Shown piece after piece: positions 32,930 through 42,524 of a stretch of 55,262 bases of DNA. Every line of letters starts with the position of its first letter. Position 1 is the stretch's first letter. The position numbers and the translations under genes are program-made. The stretch is from an uncultured Gammaproteobacteria bacterium (GTDB lineage: Bacteria > Patescibacteriota > Microgenomatia > UBA1406 > GWC2-37-13), in NCBI GenBank assembly GCA_964404095.1, contig CAYOIN010000001.1:1-55262 (forward strand), read 5' to 3'. A model generated the notes under the pieces. It saw only the letters and a list, made by a program, of their open reading frames with translations, made no database searches and was not told the DNA's origin.

Positions 32930-33092
32930 AATAGCGGTATTAATAAGTTATTCATTATTATTCATTTCAGAAGATTGTATTCATGAGAGCTGACTACATT
33001 ACCAATGCATTCCTGGCCGTCATACGCCTGAGCGAACTGCACCGATCGTAATGTAACCCACCTCCCCAATCTTCTTCTTATTATTTTTATCT

Positions 33093-34595
33093 ATGAACAC
33101 CGCAGCACTTGAGGTACTCCTTCGTAAATTGTTAGAAAATCTTGAAAAACAGAATGCAAAGCAGCCAGAACCTGCAGCACAGCCCGCTCCGGTAGAGAAG
33201 AAGCCGGTTCAACCAGCAGCGCCCACCCCCGACGTTCAGGCGATGGTCCAGAAGGCTCGTGATGAAGCATACCGCATTAAGGAACAGGCACAGCAGGAAG
33301 CACGCAAGCTCACGCAAGAAGCAATGGAGCTTGAAAAACAGTTGAATCGCCGAGAGCAACAGGTCGGCCAGAGAGAGCGCGATCTCGACAAGGAAAAGCA
33401 GGTCGCCGACAAGGCCCGAAAAGACGCAGAGGCAGCCAAAGAAGCACTCCTGTTAAAGGTAGAAAAAGTTGCCGCCATGTCGAAGGATGAGGCTAAGCAG
33501 GTGCTTCTCACTGGTTGGGAGGAAAAATTAAAGGGCGACATTGCCAAGCGAGTGAAGGCAGCTGAAGAAGAGATTAAGACGACGGTTGAACAAAAAGCGA
33601 AAGAGATGCTCGTCGACTCGATGAAGCACGGTGCAACGGACTATGTTGCAGAGTACACCCTCTCAACCTTTACTCTTCCAAATGATGAGGTGAAGGGCCG
33701 AATTATCGGTAAAGATGGGCGAAATATTCGCGCATTCGAGCTAGCAACTGGCGTCGACGTCGATCTTGAAGAAGAAGGCGTCATCAAGCTCTCATCGTTT
33801 GATGCGGTGAAGCGTGAGGTTGCCCGAATCTCGCTCGAGCGACTCATCCGAGATGGTCGCATTCAGCCACAGCGCATTGAAGAGATTATTAATCAGGTAA
33901 AGCGTGAGATTGAACGTGTTATGTTTCAGGCGGGCGAAGAGCTTGCACATAAGGTTGGCGTGTACAATCTTCCGAATGAGGTAACACAGGCACTTGGACG
34001 ATTTAAGTACCGATACTCATACGGACAGAACATGATTCTTCACACGCTCGAGGAGACCAAGATCGGTATCGCACTTGCACAGGAGCTCAAGGCCGATGTC
34101 AACGTAGCAAAACTCGGCTGTCTCCTGCATGATATCGGAAAGGTCATCGACTCCAAAGAAGGTGGGAACCACATCACCCTCGGCGTAGAGTTTTTGAAGA
34201 AGCATCGTTTCCCTCAGGCAGTCATCGACTGTGTCGAGTCGCATCACGAGGATGTACCGTTTAAGTCTGTCGAAGGCGTTATCGTCTACATCGCAGATGC
34301 CGTTTCCGGTGGTAGACCAGGTGCGCGACACGAGGACTTTGAAGAGTATCTCAAGCGCATTAAGACCATTGAGGACGCAGCCCGCACACAGAAAGGCGTG
34401 CGAGACGCATACGCGCTTCAAGCCGGTCGAGAGCTGCGTGTCATCGTAAAGCCAGACGAGGTCTCAGACGACGAGATGTCGATCATGGCTCAAAAAATAC
34501 GTGAAGAACTTGAGAAGAAGTTCGACGTATTCCCCGGCCAGATCAAGGTCACGATTATTCGTGAATCTCGAGCCGAGGCAGTGACAAAGATCTAA
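33093..34595 (+). CDS. rny: Ribonuclease Y
   Basis: 500 aa. N-terminal coiled coil, a KH domain (GRIIGKDGRNIRAFE) and an HD domain (LLHDIGK). Confidence 0.9.
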   Translation: MNTAALEVLLRKLLENLEKQNAKQPEPAAQPAPVEKKPVQPAAPTPDVQAMVQKARDEAYRIKEQAQQEARKLTQEAMELEKQLNRREQQVGQRERDLDKEKQVADKARKDAEAAKEALLLKVEKVAAMSKDEAKQVLLTGWEEKLKGDIAKRVKAAEEEIKTTVEQKAKEMLVDSMKHGATDYVAEYTLSTFTLPNDEVKGRIIGKDGRNIRAFELATGVDVDLEEEGVIKLSSFDAVKREVARISLERLIRDGRIQPQRIEEIINQVKREIERVMFQAGEELAHKVGVYNLPNEVTQALGRFKYRYSYGQNMILHTLEETKIGIALAQELKADVNVAKLGCLLHDIGKVIDSKEGGNHITLGVEFLKKHRFPQAVIDCVESHHEDVPFKSVEGVIVYIADAVSGGRPGARHEDFEEYLKRIKTIEDAARTQKGVRDAYALQAGRELRVIVKPDEVSDDEMSIMAQKIREELEKKFDVFPGQIKVTIIRESRAEAVTKI

Positions 34596-34626
34596 CAAAC
34601 GCAGGAGTTTTTGAGGTCTATTTTCT

Positions 34627-34645
34627 CCCAAATTTGGGATTTTAT
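34627..34645 (+). terminator. Weak terminator candidate after rny
   Basis: The palindrome CCCAAATTTGGG (34627-34638) is followed by ATTTTATT. Confidence 0.35.
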
Positions 34646-34663
34646 TCTTCCTTTTGCTATGCT

Positions 34664-34690
34664 CTAAATCAAAACAAGCATTTGATTTAG
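34664..34690. repeat. Perfect 10-bp inverted repeat
   Basis: CTAAATCAAA-ACAAGCA-TTTGATTTAG with no U-run after it. Either a hairpin or a protein-binding palindrome. Confidence 0.6.
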
Positions 34691-34856
34691 ATTGATCTAC
34701 TCCGATCAATTAAATATAGATTGACACAACAATAAAAAAATACTATTCTGTTCGTGATTTCTTGTTGTGACAATTAAAAGTTTATGAAGAGTTATAAATA
34801 GGCTATTGCACCGGCCTATTTTTTGTATCACGGTGTAAGAAGGGAGGTGATTGTAC

Positions 34857-35129
34857 ATGACAAAAGCAGACTTAGTAGCACAGGTAGCTAAAAAGGCAGG
34901 CTTGACCTCAAAAGCAGCAAAGGATGCAGTAAACACTGTTTTCTCATCAATCACCGCTGCAATGAAAAGAGGAGAAAAAGTAGTGGTTACTGGTTTCGGC
35001 ACATTTATGGTGCGACGACGCGCTTCTCGTAAGGGTCGCAATCCACAAACCGGAGCTGAAATTCAGATCCCATCAACCAAGACGCCAGGATTTACCGCTG
35101 GTAAATCATTGAAGCGAATGGTGAAGTAA
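34857..35129 (+). CDS. hup: Nucleoid protein HU
   Basis: 90 aa. MTKADLVAQVAKKAGLTSKAAKDAVNTVF...GFGTF..R.R.AR.GRNPQTG..I.I. GGAGG (34843-34847) lies 9 nt upstream of ATG 34857. Confidence 0.9.
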   Translation: MTKADLVAQVAKKAGLTSKAAKDAVNTVFSSITAAMKRGEKVVVTGFGTFMVRRRASRKGRNPQTGAEIQIPSTKTPGFTAGKSLKRMVK

Positions 35130-35151
35130 TCCGCCACCGGCGAGATTAGAG

Positions 35152-35188
35152 AACAACCCCGCGGTCGTGTTGCGGGGTTGTTTTATTC
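35152..35188 (+). terminator. Rho-independent terminator of hup
   Basis: AACAACCCCGC-loop-GCGGGGTTGTT followed by TTTATT. Confidence 0.75.
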
Positions 35189-35212
35189 TGTAGTGGTCGA
35201 GTATAATTATGT

Positions 35213-35761
35213 ATGATTGCACGATTCCTACACCCTATTCTGCTCATTCTCTTTCTCATCGTTATTCCACCATTTTTTTATCTTCTCAACTATTCTCAGA
35301 CCATCCCAACGAACTACGGAAAGGAAGAAAGCTACGAACTTCCCCATCCCGGAATTGCACCCGACAATGTGCTCTATCCCATCAAGGAAATCCGCGATAC
35401 ATTGCTGATTTTCTTTAGTCAGGACAATATTACGCGCGCTCAGTACAATCTCCTGCTCTCGGATAAAAAAATAAAGGCGGGAGAGTTTCTTGTTGAAGAG
35501 AGAAAGTACCAGCTTGCAGGCGAGACCTTCCTTGAAGCAGAGAAGGACTACGAAGAAGCACTCAAGAGCGTTAAGTCGGCCATCGATCTGGGAGAACAGG
35601 CCAACGTTGAGTTCATCGGAAAGCTTACACGAAGCAACCTAAAACACGCCTCTGTAATGCAGATGGCGAAACTCAAGTTCCCTACAGCGCTCCAGTCTGA
35701 GCTGCAGGCTGCAGTTCAGTTAAATCACGATAACAGTGTGTTACTGCTTGGTCTCCAGTAG
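35213..35761 (+). CDS. Membrane-anchored helical protein (DUF5667-like)
   Basis: 182 aa. N-terminal TM helix, then PDNVLYPIKEIRDTLLIFF and long helices, as in DUF5667-type proteins. Confidence 0.5.
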   Translation: MIARFLHPILLILFLIVIPPFFYLLNYSQTIPTNYGKEESYELPHPGIAPDNVLYPIKEIRDTLLIFFSQDNITRAQYNLLLSDKKIKAGEFLVEERKYQLAGETFLEAEKDYEEALKSVKSAIDLGEQANVEFIGKLTRSNLKHASVMQMAKLKFPTALQSELQAAVQLNHDNSVLLLGLQ

Positions 35762-36958
35762 ACCGAATACCGTTGCCATCACAACTGAGTTTTGGATTAA
35801 GGTTAGCCAGTAATGATCAAATAATCCGGTAAAGCAGACAACAAAGACGCACGCAACAACCGGATAGTTTCTACGATTATTCTTCAGGACAGGAACCGCG
35901 CGCCAGAGGAGGTACAGCGAGGCAATCAGTCCGATCTCGCTTAGCAGGAGCAGAAAAATATTGTGTACCGGTTGCCCAAAGGAACCTATGGTAAGCGTTG
36001 GAAAAAACTGCTGTGCAATGATGTAATTTCCAAGTCCTACGCCTTCGATGAGATGCTGTTGTATCAGAAGAACGGCATTGTTCATCAGCTGCATTCTCAC
36101 CGCTGCGGAGAATGGGTCACCAATCGCACGAAAAACAATGGCGACAGGGAGAATAAGCGCAAGAAGCTTCGCACCAATACAGACGAGGCAACGTTCCCGC
36201 TGGAAGACCTGTTGGACGAGGATGTATTTGAGGGTGACAAATGCAAAGCCAAGCAATGCAATTTTCGAGAACGAAAGAAAGATGAGGAGTGGTGCCACTG
36301 CCAGTGCAAGAGTTCGAGTACGGGTGTGATTTGACTGAAAGAGAAAGAACGCATAGAGGAGGAGATAGAATCCGCCGAGTGAGTTTGGGTGGGAAAAGGT
36401 TCCGTACGAGCGGAGGAGTTCAACTCCTGTTAAGCTTGCCTTTGCGATACCGATTGTCGAAAGTGAGAAGGCACGCTCCCCGAAATAATACATGATCCCG
36501 TTGAGCGATGACTTCGAGACAAACTGATAGAGAGAGAGTCCAAGCTCAAACACCATCGATATAACAAGTCCGCGCAGGACCAGCGCGCTCGCGTTGCGTT
36601 GCGATCGAATGATCGAGAAAACCACGACTAATTCAAGGAGGCGAACATACTGATAGAGAGCAACTTCCCGTGAGTAGCTGAACCATAGCGTGACTGAGAC
36701 GAGAAATAAGAATAGCTGGAGATATACATTCTGGAGTGTTTTGCGTAGTTGAGCTCGGTGATATACGGCAAGCATGACGATAAGGAGGTCAATGGCGTAG
36801 ACCGTCGGAGCGAGATAGTCGATCCGAATACCGGAGAGATAGGAGAACGGGAGAAAGAAATGTTTGCCAAACTGGGTAGGGAGCAGCAGTCCAAACAGGA
36901 ACAGCAGGAGTCCATCCAGAGATGCTGGTTTGTGGAGCCAGGATAGAATAGTGCGCAT
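35741..36958 (-). CDS. O-antigen ligase (Wzy_C)-like membrane protein
   Basis: 405 aa with about 10-12 TM helices and GTFSHPNSLGGFYLLL, the signature loop of O-antigen ligase-like proteins. Confidence 0.75.
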   Translation of the reverse strand: MRTILSWLHKPASLDGLLLFLFGLLLPTQFGKHFFLPFSYLSGIRIDYLAPTVYAIDLLIVMLAVYHRAQLRKTLQNVYLQLFLFLVSVTLWFSYSREVALYQYVRLLELVVVFSIIRSQRNASALVLRGLVISMVFELGLSLYQFVSKSSLNGIMYYFGERAFSLSTIGIAKASLTGVELLRSYGTFSHPNSLGGFYLLLYAFFLFQSNHTRTRTLALAVAPLLIFLSFSKIALLGFAFVTLKYILVQQVFQRERCLVCIGAKLLALILPVAIVFRAIGDPFSAAVRMQLMNNAVLLIQQHLIEGVGLGNYIIAQQFFPTLTIGSFGQPVHNIFLLLLSEIGLIASLYLLWRAVPVLKNNRRNYPVVACVFVVCFTGLFDHYWLTLIQNSVVMATVFGLLETKQ

Positions 36959-36961
36959 AGG

Positions 36962-37771
36962 TTATCGATGGGTAATCCGAAAAGTCTCCCAGGCCGAATG
37001 TGCTGATGCAAATCCCGCAATCACTGTCCGTCGTTTTTCTGCGCGAAGGTAAGGAGCTCGCGTCGAAAGAAACATTGCAGAAATGATGCGATGCCGTTTT
37101 CTCAAAAATGCATGAGTTGAGGGGTAGAGATTCCGAGAATAGTTGACCAGCAGCGGAATACTAAAGGTAAGAATCTGCCCGACAAGGTGTGCACCACGGC
37201 GAATCGGCAGCCGCCGTTTTATGCTATTTTCATACACCCGAATACCGGTGTCGAGATAGTCGACATGCTCAATCAAGTGAAAAAATTGATGGAGGTGTGG
37301 TTTTTTATTGTGACATGCATTGAGATACGATGTCCAGATCTTTTTCTTGAGCGGCGCTTTCAGTGCAAGGAGTGCAAGAACCTGACGAAATACCTTTTTC
37401 TCTCTGTGATCATGCTCTGCACCTTTGAGCGGAGCGGGTATGTCGCCAACACTTTGCTCATCCAAAATGGCTTCGCCGAAATCATGGACGAGCGCTGCAA
37501 TGAGGAGCATTTCCTGATCGGCCCGCGAAAATCTACGAGGGTGTATTCGAGCTTCGTGCTGGAGGAGTTGTTGTGTAATGGCGTAAACCTGCTTCAGATG
37601 AGAGAGCGTAACACCACTTGGTCCAAGTACTTTTCGCCAATAGGAGCGACTTTCAGTTGAATGCCGAAACGGTTGGTATCGAGTTGTTTCGCGTAATGAT
37701 CTCGCAGCCTTTGTGTGCAGGAGTGCGTGGTAGATTTCTTGTGCTGGAATGATTGATTGGCGCGACAGCAT
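36962..37771 (-). CDS. HD-domain phosphohydrolase-like protein
   Basis: 269 aa. LIAALVHDFGEAILDEQSVGDIP resembles the HD..E..GD pattern of YfbR-type nucleotidases. Confidence 0.55.
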   Translation of the reverse strand: MLSRQSIIPAQEIYHALLHTKAARSLRETTRYQPFRHSTESRSYWRKVLGPSGVTLSHLKQVYAITQQLLQHEARIHPRRFSRADQEMLLIAALVHDFGEAILDEQSVGDIPAPLKGAEHDHREKKVFRQVLALLALKAPLKKKIWTSYLNACHNKKPHLHQFFHLIEHVDYLDTGIRVYENSIKRRLPIRRGAHLVGQILTFSIPLLVNYSRNLYPSTHAFLRKRHRIISAMFLSTRAPYLRAEKRRTVIAGFASAHSAWETFRITHR

Positions 37772-37937
37772 GCTCGGATTATACGGGGTTCGATTCTCGA
37801 GATCAATCCAAGCGGTGAGAAGGTAAACGATCGGTCAAGAGCTAGAGTCACACTCAAAGGCGGTAGAGTTCTGAAATATTCGACACTAAACAAATCAAAG
37901 ATCGATAGCTTTGCTCAGGCGCTTGGTAGCGGCGGGA

Positions 37938-38636
37938 TTACAACTGTCTAAGTGATTTCGTATAGACCGGAGCAACCCAGGAAAATGAGCCATCCTGCCG
38001 TACCCGCATCGTGTGTATACGTTCGAAGGGTGGTACAAACTCAATACCCGTGTTGTTCCAGAGCTCTGATTCGGACCGCGATACCTCCTTTAAATATTCA
38101 CTCAGTTCTCCTCTTGCAAAGGTCAATGCATGACGAGCCGCATCGTCGCCGATGATCGGTGGTAATTCGCCGTCGGTATACTCTTCGAGGTAAAAATGCT
38201 CAGTTGCAAAGAGCGGTTGGGGGAGAAAGATATGTTGTCGTCTCAGCCGAGATCCCAGATCGAGGTCGATTGCTTGTTTTTGTTTCATGTGTTGCGTGTA
38301 GGGTGCCTGCGGTGTGTCATGTTTTTGGGCTGGAATTTTTGCAATATATCGCTCTTCACCGATGGTAACAAGGAAAAGTCGAGAATACTCACCAACCTGG
38401 TACGGTTCAAGGCTCATTCCGTCACGGACGGTTGACCTGAGTCGATAGTCTCCATCGAGAAGAGAGATCATATCGGTTACGGTTCGATGAATCTGCTGTG
38501 GGCTGCGGGAGCATCGTGCAAGGAGGTTGACTCCTAGTTCTGAAACGAGAAATTCACCGAGCTGAAGATTGCCGAAACGGTCCGGTGCAAGTTGTGGATC
38601 GTGGTCATAGAGCGCTGGATGTTCGATGTCGGTCAT
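37938..38636 (-). CDS. Hypothetical protein
   Basis: 232-aa ORF. It has a weak kinase N-lobe-like pattern (ERYIAKI ... YLEEYTDG) but no catalytic-loop motif. Confidence 0.45.
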   Translation of the reverse strand: MTDIEHPALYDHDPQLAPDRFGNLQLGEFLVSELGVNLLARCSRSPQQIHRTVTDMISLLDGDYRLRSTVRDGMSLEPYQVGEYSRLFLVTIGEERYIAKIPAQKHDTPQAPYTQHMKQKQAIDLDLGSRLRRQHIFLPQPLFATEHFYLEEYTDGELPPIIGDDAARHALTFARGELSEYLKEVSRSESELWNNTGIEFVPPFERIHTMRVRQDGSFSWVAPVYTKSLRQL

Positions 38637-38680
38637 ATAGGCCTTATGATCCCATAGGATACATGAGAAAGTTCGTTGTT

Positions 38681-39069
38681 TGGTGGAGATGGGGGGAGTT
38701 GAACCCCCGTCTGAAGAAACACGAGTACAAAGGTTTAGTTAGAGATAGCGTATTTTCTCTTCATGTTGCGGTGAGGCAATACACAAACTCTTTCGCAACG
38801 ATCAGTTATGGGTTTTCAACTTCATCACCAACTGAAAACGTGATGTCGTCATACCTTGATTGGTTTACCCCACGTATGCATTAAATCAAGGAAAATGCAC
38901 GGTGAGAATTCAACAGCACTTAGGCTGCATAGGCGAATGCGTATGCATTGCGATAAGCGGCTGCTTCCATTGCTTCCATTTCGTCAGCAGTTAGTATTTC
39001 CCGAGTGTCGTTCCGGTACGCCCTAACCTTTTGTAAAAGTGCAGTTCCTCGTCGATTCTATACATCCCC
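38681..39069 (-). ncRNA. ssrA: tmRNA (SsrA), one-piece
   Basis: 5-prime GGGGAUGUAUAGAAUCGACGAGG and 3-prime GACGGGGGUUCAACUCCCCCCAUCUCCACCA, with a G3:U70 acceptor. The predicted tag ORF is at 38920-38988 (ADEMEAMEAAAYRNAYAFAYAA-stop; the resume codon is inferred). It starts 4 nt after the smpB stop. Confidence 0.9.
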
Positions 39070-39072
39070 TGT

Positions 39073-39522
39073 TCATCGCTTCATCCATTCTTTTGCTTCT
39101 CGGTTATCGTGTCGTTCGATCTTTTTCTTCTTCTCGAGCTTTCGTTTTTCAATGTCTTTTCGTCCCCTTACAAGAGCGATTTCTATTTTGATTAACGCAC
39201 CCTTATTATAACACGAAACAGGGGCAATAGTAAGTCCGGACGCTCCGTGTAGCTTCGTTTGCAGGCGTATCAGTTCATCCTTTCGGATGAGGAGTTTTCG
39301 TGTTCGCTTTGGTTCCTGGGTGGCTCGAGGCGCATACTGATACGGATAGATATCTGCATTCACAAGAAAGAGCTCTCCCTGCAGGAGCTTCACATGCGCA
39401 CTATCAATATTCATCTTTTCTTCGCGTATAGACTTTACCTCGGGACCGGTGAGTACGACACCTGCCTCATAGGTTTCGAGGACCTCAAAGTCACGCTGCA
39501 ACTTTCGATTCACGATTTTCAT
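39073..39522 (-). CDS. smpB: SsrA-binding protein SmpB
   Basis: 149 aa. NRKLQRDFEVLETYEAGVVLTGPEVKSIR ... RTRKLL fits the SmpB pattern, and the gene is adjacent to ssrA. Confidence 0.9.
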   Translation of the reverse strand: MKIVNRKLQRDFEVLETYEAGVVLTGPEVKSIREEKMNIDSAHVKLLQGELFLVNADIYPYQYAPRATQEPKRTRKLLIRKDELIRLQTKLHGASGLTIAPVSCYNKGALIKIEIALVRGRKDIEKRKLEKKKKIERHDNREAKEWMKR

Positions 39523-39569
39523 ATTCCTATTGTAACAACTGAAGCCGTCGATTGGAGGATAGGAGCGAG

Positions 39570-40148
39570 TTACTGCCGTACGAGTTTTAGAACCGCGATC
39601 TGATTTGGTGTGAGGAAGACCGTTCGTTTCACCGGCTGATCAGACACAATAACTTCCTGATCTTTTACAAAAATGCCATCGAGATTTTCAATCGAAAGGA
39701 GATAGGTACCATTCGGTAGATTAACGATGGTGAGCGGAACCAGCTCCTTATTCGCATTCTTTGGATCGTTGTTCGCGAGGATGACGGCGTATCCCGTATC
39801 GGTCTTGGTTGCCACCGCACGGACGAAGTCGCCTTCGCCATACACCTGAACTCGGTCGCCCGAGATCATTGCCGCGAGTGTTTGTGCCCGTCGATTCGCG
39901 TGGGTCGTCCGCTTGCTAACAACCGATGACACGACCGTGTACGAATCCTTTGCCGATGTAAGCCCTTTCTCTTTCCAGGGAGCGGAGGATACGCTTACCA
40001 CCTTTGATGTATCGATACGAATGTTTGCTTTTGCGAAAGACTTAATGAAGAAGTACTGAAGGAAAAAGAAGATCGCGAGAGGAAAGAAGATACCAATAGA
40101 AATGAAGCTTACCACAAGGCGCCTACGTAGTGTCTCGTCAAGATCCAT
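39570..40148 (-). CDS. Hypothetical membrane-anchored protein with a C-terminal beta-sandwich-like region
   Basis: 192-aa ORF with an N-terminal TM helix (VVSFISIGIFFPLAIFFFLQYFFI). No motif recognised. Confidence 0.45.
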   Translation of the reverse strand: MDLDETLRRRLVVSFISIGIFFPLAIFFFLQYFFIKSFAKANIRIDTSKVVSVSSAPWKEKGLTSAKDSYTVVSSVVSKRTTHANRRAQTLAAMISGDRVQVYGEGDFVRAVATKTDTGYAVILANNDPKNANKELVPLTIVNLPNGTYLLSIENLDGIFVKDQEVIVSDQPVKRTVFLTPNQIAVLKLVRQ

Positions 40149-40260
40149 GATCAGATATTACGGGAATATCGAATTCTTTTCAATGTCTCCAACAGAGAAG
40201 AAAATTATCTGCGTTGATGTTAAATCTACATGGATCCTCTATACTCTTATCTGCGAAGGT

Positions 40261-40764
40261 ATGAATGCGAATCATGGTGCACGTTTTGGTATTGCTGTCC
40301 TCTTCTTCATAGCTGTAGTCATATTCGTTGCCAAACAAGGCCAACTGTTTTCAGCCCGAACAGGAGCTGAAGAATCAACGAAGCGAGAGGAGTCGACGAG
40401 CGAAGCGCATATACTTGCGAACGGTCAATCGCGATATCTTGAATTCAGTCGCGAAGAATATCAACGGGCAATTTCCGCAGGAAAGATTATCTACCTCGAG
40501 TTTTATGCAAACTGGTGCCCGATCTGTCGAGCGCAAGAGCAGGAACTAATTCAGGGATTCAGCATGCTCACCAGATCGGATGTGGTGGGATTCCGGGTGA
40601 ACTACAAGGACGACCAGACCGATGATCTAGAAAAAGAGCTAGCAGAAAAGTACAAGATTCCATACCAGCACCATAAGATTGTCTTGAAAGATGGGAACGT
40701 GGTAATAGACACAGCAGAAACCTGGGATGCGCAAACCCTCGTCGAGCAGTTGTCAAAACTATAA
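40261..40764 (+). CDS. Membrane-anchored thioredoxin-like (TlpA-like) protein
   Basis: ORF trimmed to ATG 40261. TM anchor FGIAVLFFIAVVIFV and a thioredoxin-fold motif, YANWCPICRAQ. Confidence 0.7.
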   Translation: MNANHGARFGIAVLFFIAVVIFVAKQGQLFSARTGAEESTKREESTSEAHILANGQSRYLEFSREEYQRAISAGKIIYLEFYANWCPICRAQEQELIQGFSMLTRSDVVGFRVNYKDDQTDDLEKELAEKYKIPYQHHKIVLKDGNVVIDTAETWDAQTLVEQLSKL

Positions 40765-40766
40765 CC

Positions 40767-42449
40767 ATGTTAGTTCTATTACTTTTTGCATTTCTATCAG
40801 GTCTGGTGACAATAGCGGCTCCGTGTATCTGGCCACTCCTACCGATCATTTTATCCTCGAGCGCACAAGGGGGTCATCGAAAACCGCTCGGGATCACGGT
40901 CGGAATCATCTTAAGTTTTGCGGTTTTTACGCTTACACTCTCCTACATCGTATCCATTGTTCCGCTGGATCTCGATGTTCTGAGGCTGTTCGCGGTTGGC
41001 ATTATTGCGTTTTTTGGCTTTACGCTCGTTGTTCCTCAACTGAATCAAGCCGTTGAGGGAATGGTGAGTCGATTGAGCGGAAAACTGGGAGGTATTACGA
41101 GCAGGCAAGGAACTGGTTTCACAAGCGGCTTCATTACCGGGCTTGCACTTGGGGTCGTGTGGACTCCATGCGCGGGTCCGATCCTCGCAACGATTGCGGC
41201 GCTTGCCGCTACACAGGCCGTTACCCCTCAAATTATTATCGTAACGATCGTTTACGTCATAGGTGTGGGAATTCCATTATTCCTTTTTGCATTGCTTGGA
41301 AACAAATTGTTTACCAAAACCAGAATGATATCCAGGTACAGCGGTAGAATCCAACAAGCATTTGGCGTACTCATGATCGTGATGGCGTTCCTCATCCTCA
41401 CTAATCAAGATAAGGTTCTGCAAGCTCGTCTGCTCGATGTATTTCCACAGTACTCAACGTTTTTAGTTAAGCTTGAGGGCAACGATGTTGTGAAGTCTGA
41501 GCTTGCGAAACTTCGAGGAAACAGTGATTCATTATCCCGAATCACAGAGGGGCAGCCCAGCAATTCGGTGAGCGACACACTTCCGAAACTTGGAAAAGCT
41601 CCTGAATTTGTTGGTATATCAAACTGGCTCGGCTCGGAACCACTCACCATGAAGTCATTGAAGGGGAAGGTGGTACTCGTTGATTTCTGGACCTATACCT
41701 GTATCAACTGCATACGAACTCTACCGTTTGTCACGAACTGGCATAAGACATATAACAACCAAGGATTTGTTGTCGTCGGTGTCCATACTCCAGAGTTTGA
41801 GTTCGAAAAGAAGATCGAGAATGTGCAGACCGCAATGAAGCAGTTTGGAATTCCATATCCCGTCGCGCAGGACAACGATTATTCTACCTGGAATGCTTAC
41901 AACAATCATTACTGGCCTGCAAAATATCTTATCGATGCAGACGGCATCATACGATACACCCATTTTGGGGAAGGGGAATATGAGCGCACCGAGGAGGCGA
42001 TACGTAAACTATTAGCTGAGGCGGGAAACAAGGTTTCTGATAGTAAGACAAAGATCGAGGACGCTACTCCCAAAGGCGCGAGAACGCCTGAGACATACCT
42101 CGGAACACTTCGTAGGGTGCCAAATTCGTATATGCAGCTGAGTGATAACTGGAAGACGACCGATGAGTATGTTGAATCAGCTGCGGGTTCAACGATCGAT
42201 CTCCAGTTCAATGCCGATAGAGTGTTTCTCGTGATAACCTCAGATAGCCCAGGCAATATTGATGTGCTCCTCAATGGCTTTCCCGTGGAGACACGGTATT
42301 CCGGTGCAGATGTGAACAACGGAATTGTTCAGACCAACTCCGCTCGGCTGTATGAGCTGATAAATCTCAGAGGACAAAGCAAAGGAGGGAAGTTGCAGCT
42401 CAACTTCCAGACTCCAGGAATCCGAGTTTTTGCGTTTACCTTCGGCTAG
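40767..42449 (+). CDS. DipZ-like protein: CcdA/DsbD transmembrane domain fused to a thioredoxin-like domain
   Basis: 560 aa. The CcdA-type N-terminus has TM cysteines (APCIWPLLP, TPCAGPIL), followed by FWTYTCINCIRTLP (CxxC redoxin) and a C-terminal beta-rich domain. Confidence 0.8.
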   Translation: MLVLLLFAFLSGLVTIAAPCIWPLLPIILSSSAQGGHRKPLGITVGIILSFAVFTLTLSYIVSIVPLDLDVLRLFAVGIIAFFGFTLVVPQLNQAVEGMVSRLSGKLGGITSRQGTGFTSGFITGLALGVVWTPCAGPILATIAALAATQAVTPQIIIVTIVYVIGVGIPLFLFALLGNKLFTKTRMISRYSGRIQQAFGVLMIVMAFLILTNQDKVLQARLLDVFPQYSTFLVKLEGNDVVKSELAKLRGNSDSLSRITEGQPSNSVSDTLPKLGKAPEFVGISNWLGSEPLTMKSLKGKVVLVDFWTYTCINCIRTLPFVTNWHKTYNNQGFVVVGVHTPEFEFEKKIENVQTAMKQFGIPYPVAQDNDYSTWNAYNNHYWPAKYLIDADGIIRYTHFGEGEYERTEEAIRKLLAEAGNKVSDSKTKIEDATPKGARTPETYLGTLRRVPNSYMQLSDNWKTTDEYVESAAGSTIDLQFNADRVFLVITSDSPGNIDVLLNGFPVETRYSGADVNNGIVQTNSARLYELINLRGQSKGGKLQLNFQTPGIRVFAFTFG

Positions 42450-42524
42450 CAGGAACGGTTAGAATCGCTCTATTTGTAGCATATAAGCGACTGACACAAT
42501 GCCGTTATCGGTGTACCGTAAGGA

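Noticed and set aside
38920-38988. tmRNA tag as unusual: 22 codons with an internal MEA-MEA repeat from the direct repeat ATGGAAGCA x2
   Set aside because: The length is within the known range, and the YAA C-terminus is a normal protease-recognition end. The resume codon is only inferred, so this is not worth a finding.
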